NCBI GenBank assembly: GCA_963729715.1 | Contig: CAVSPA010000004.1 | Span: forward strand, 352,001-416,000 | From: an uncultured delta proteobacterium | GTDB taxonomy: Bacteria > Desulfobacterota > Syntrophia > Syntrophales > UBA2185 | Reading direction: 5' to 3' | Length of the DNA: 64,000 nucleotides | Part shown: piece after piece, positions 62,723 to 64,000 of the stretch | How the letters are laid out: every line of letters starts with the position of its first letter | Numbering within the stretch: the stretch's first letter is position 1 | The notes under the pieces: generated by a model | Told to the model about the DNA's origin: nothing | The model's database searches: none | What the model saw: the letters and a program-made list of their open reading frames with translations, nothing else | Position numbers and translations under genes: made by a program

Positions 62723-63074
62723 CTTCTCCAGAATTTATTTTATTGCATTCACGCATCTTTTTGATACGATGCTCTGTAAATTCCTTATTACGATAACGTA
62801 GAGATATCCTGGCGGGCTCGTGATCCTTGTTGTAACGATGGGGCCACAGAACCCAGGGCGGAACGCCTAACTGCTCTGCGATGATCTTTTCGTATTTTGG
62901 GCAGGGCTGATGTTTGACGTGAACAAAGTTGGTCCTGTTCACGTTATGGATTCCCGCGAGTGCACTGAGCGTTATACCCTTAAGCTCAAGGCCGTGTTTT
63001 ATAGTAGCCCAGATTGCGAATTCATCATCCGTGCAGCTGATTGATTCTGTTTCTCTTTGGTTGCTTTGCATCAT
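62697..63074 (-). CDS. ner: Ner/Nlp-family HTH regulator
   Basis: IKHGLELKGITLSALA...EKIIAEQLGVPPWVLWPHRY. Confidence 0.85.
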   Translation of the reverse strand: MMQSNQRETESISCTDDEFAIWATIKHGLELKGITLSALAGIHNVNRTNFVHVKHQPCPKYEKIIAEQLGVPPWVLWPHRYNKDHEPARISLRYRNKEFTEHRIKKMRECNKINSGEVADEPDRS

Positions 63075-63082
63075 GATGGTTA

Positions 63083-63125
63083 TTTATAAGGAAAATAGAG
63101 CGAATTGTCAAGAAAATAAAGCGAA
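63083..63125 (-). promoter_or_regulatory. Early promoter with paired operator-like repeats
   Basis: Minus-strand TTGACA (63111-63106)-17-TATAAA (63088-63083); repeats GAAAATA(G/A)AGCGAA at 63091-63104 and 63112-63125. Confidence 0.65.
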
Positions 63126-63157
63126 GTAAGAAAAAAAACACTATGATTGGCTAACTT

Positions 63158-63694
63158 ATGGAGAATTTTAGGAAAAGATTACGCATCGCTATAGATAATG
63201 AGTCCGTAAATGCGTTTGCGGACAGATCGAGGGTGGCTGAGAGTGTTCTTAGAAAATATTTATTGGGTCCAACCGTGCCAGGCATGGAGAACCTTGTCTC
63301 TATTGCCAGGGCTGCAGGAGTGAACATCAAATGGCTCGCCACAGGAGAGGGGCCGAAAACCGGAATGGAAATAAATATTGACCTTCTAGTTTTTTTGCTG
63401 GCAGCCTGTGCGGAATATGAAAGGGCACTGAATGTACCCCTTTCTTACGCCGAAAAGGCCTTTCTAATAAGCGCGATTTATAATAGATGGTGGCAAGATG
63501 GTGTTGAAGTAATTGGCCTTGGAGAATTTATTAAGGCAGATATCGAAGCGTTGCACCTATCAATGAAGAACGAGGAACTGTTGCGCTATCGTTTGAGTCA
63601 GTTATGGGACAGGGAATACGCGGATGCCATAATGGAAATGAGATCTCGCTCGAAATGTTTGAGAGGTGCGCTTAAAAAGAAAAAAAAGAAGTAA
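63158..63694 (+). CDS. XRE/cI-like repressor, divergent from ner
   Basis: FRKRL...AFADRSRVAESVLRKYL....PGMENLVSIARAAGVNIKWLATGEG; no S24 peptidase domain recognisable. Confidence 0.82.
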   Translation: MENFRKRLRIAIDNESVNAFADRSRVAESVLRKYLLGPTVPGMENLVSIARAAGVNIKWLATGEGPKTGMEINIDLLVFLLAACAEYERALNVPLSYAEKAFLISAIYNRWWQDGVEVIGLGEFIKADIEALHLSMKNEELLRYRLSQLWDREYADAIMEMRSRSKCLRGALKKKKKK

Positions 63695-63845
63695 GGCCAT
63701 AAAAGAGTTGTTTGTGGACTGTGTTACTGGGCATTTCCGATACATTTTTCACACTGGGGAAGAACGCGCTCCCCGTGATCGTTCTTAGAAGAGCGCCGCC
63801 GGGGCATTGAGGATAACGTTGTGCTTTCTGGGGAGAGTTTTAAAA

Positions 63846-64000
63846 ATGGGCCGCATATTATTTGGAGTGTTTTTCTTGTTGGTTGGTTCTTGTAATGCCT
63901 TGCAGGCATTCGGAGATCGAAATTTGAACGCCGCCGTGGGAGGCGGGTTTATCGCGCTCGTTTTAATAGTAGGCGGTGTAGCACTGCTCATCTCTGGCTT
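63846..64000 (+). CDS. Partial membrane protein (runs off the window end)
   Basis: GGGGAG RBS; MGRILFGVFFLLVGSCNALQAFGDRNLNAAVGGGFIALVLIVGGVALLISG... Confidence 0.55.
   Translation, partial: MGRILFGVFFLLVGSCNALQAFGDRNLNAAVGGGFIALVLIVGGVALLISG

Larger units (their letters stand above)
51740..64000 (-). mobile_element. Compact Mu-type transposable phage-related element (boundaries approximate; right end not in window)
   Basis: repressor/ner switch, MuA- and MuB-like genes, mor/gemA-like genes, tape measure, capsid and portal. Confidence 0.85.

Noticed and set aside
63785..63991. 68-aa minus-strand ORF
   Set aside because: Antisense to a more plausible plus-strand membrane ORF with an RBS
1..64000. 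CRISPR array or cas genes (including a Craspase link for the CHAT protein)
   Set aside because: No regularly spaced repeat-spacer series and no cas-like ORF seen

Overview
Chromosomal window of an anaerobic, probably Desulfobacterota/Syntrophales-like bacterium (inferred from gene content, not established). 1-51.7 kb is a mix of housekeeping genes (glnS, tRNA-Gln, ihfB, rpsA, cmk, nrdDG with tandem NrdR boxes, mrfAB-like repair pair, tag, tatA, cpoB) and accessory genes. The accessory part includes an IS200-type element, at least four decayed genes (thiolase, flavin oxidoreductase, LonC-type protease, hcp) and three genes broken by in-frame UGA codons followed by SECIS-like hairpins, so likely selenoproteins. 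It also holds two exported caspase-fold proteases, one fused to an HtrA protease, and an NRAMP-type Mg2+ transport operon with a candidate leader-peptide attenuator and an unannotated 36-aa membrane protein. The most striking element runs from about 51.75 kb to the window end. It is a compact Mu-type transposable unit (repressor, ner, intact DDE transposase A, AAA ATPase B, mor-like, gemA) whose only virion genes are tape measure, major capsid and portal, in reversed order, with no terminase, tail, baseplate or lysis genes visible. The tape-measure gene is flanked by two small ORFs resembling its own N- and C-termini. This may be a transposable phage satellite rather than a decayed prophage; that is a hypothesis, and the right end of the element is outside the window. 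No CRISPR array or rRNA was seen.
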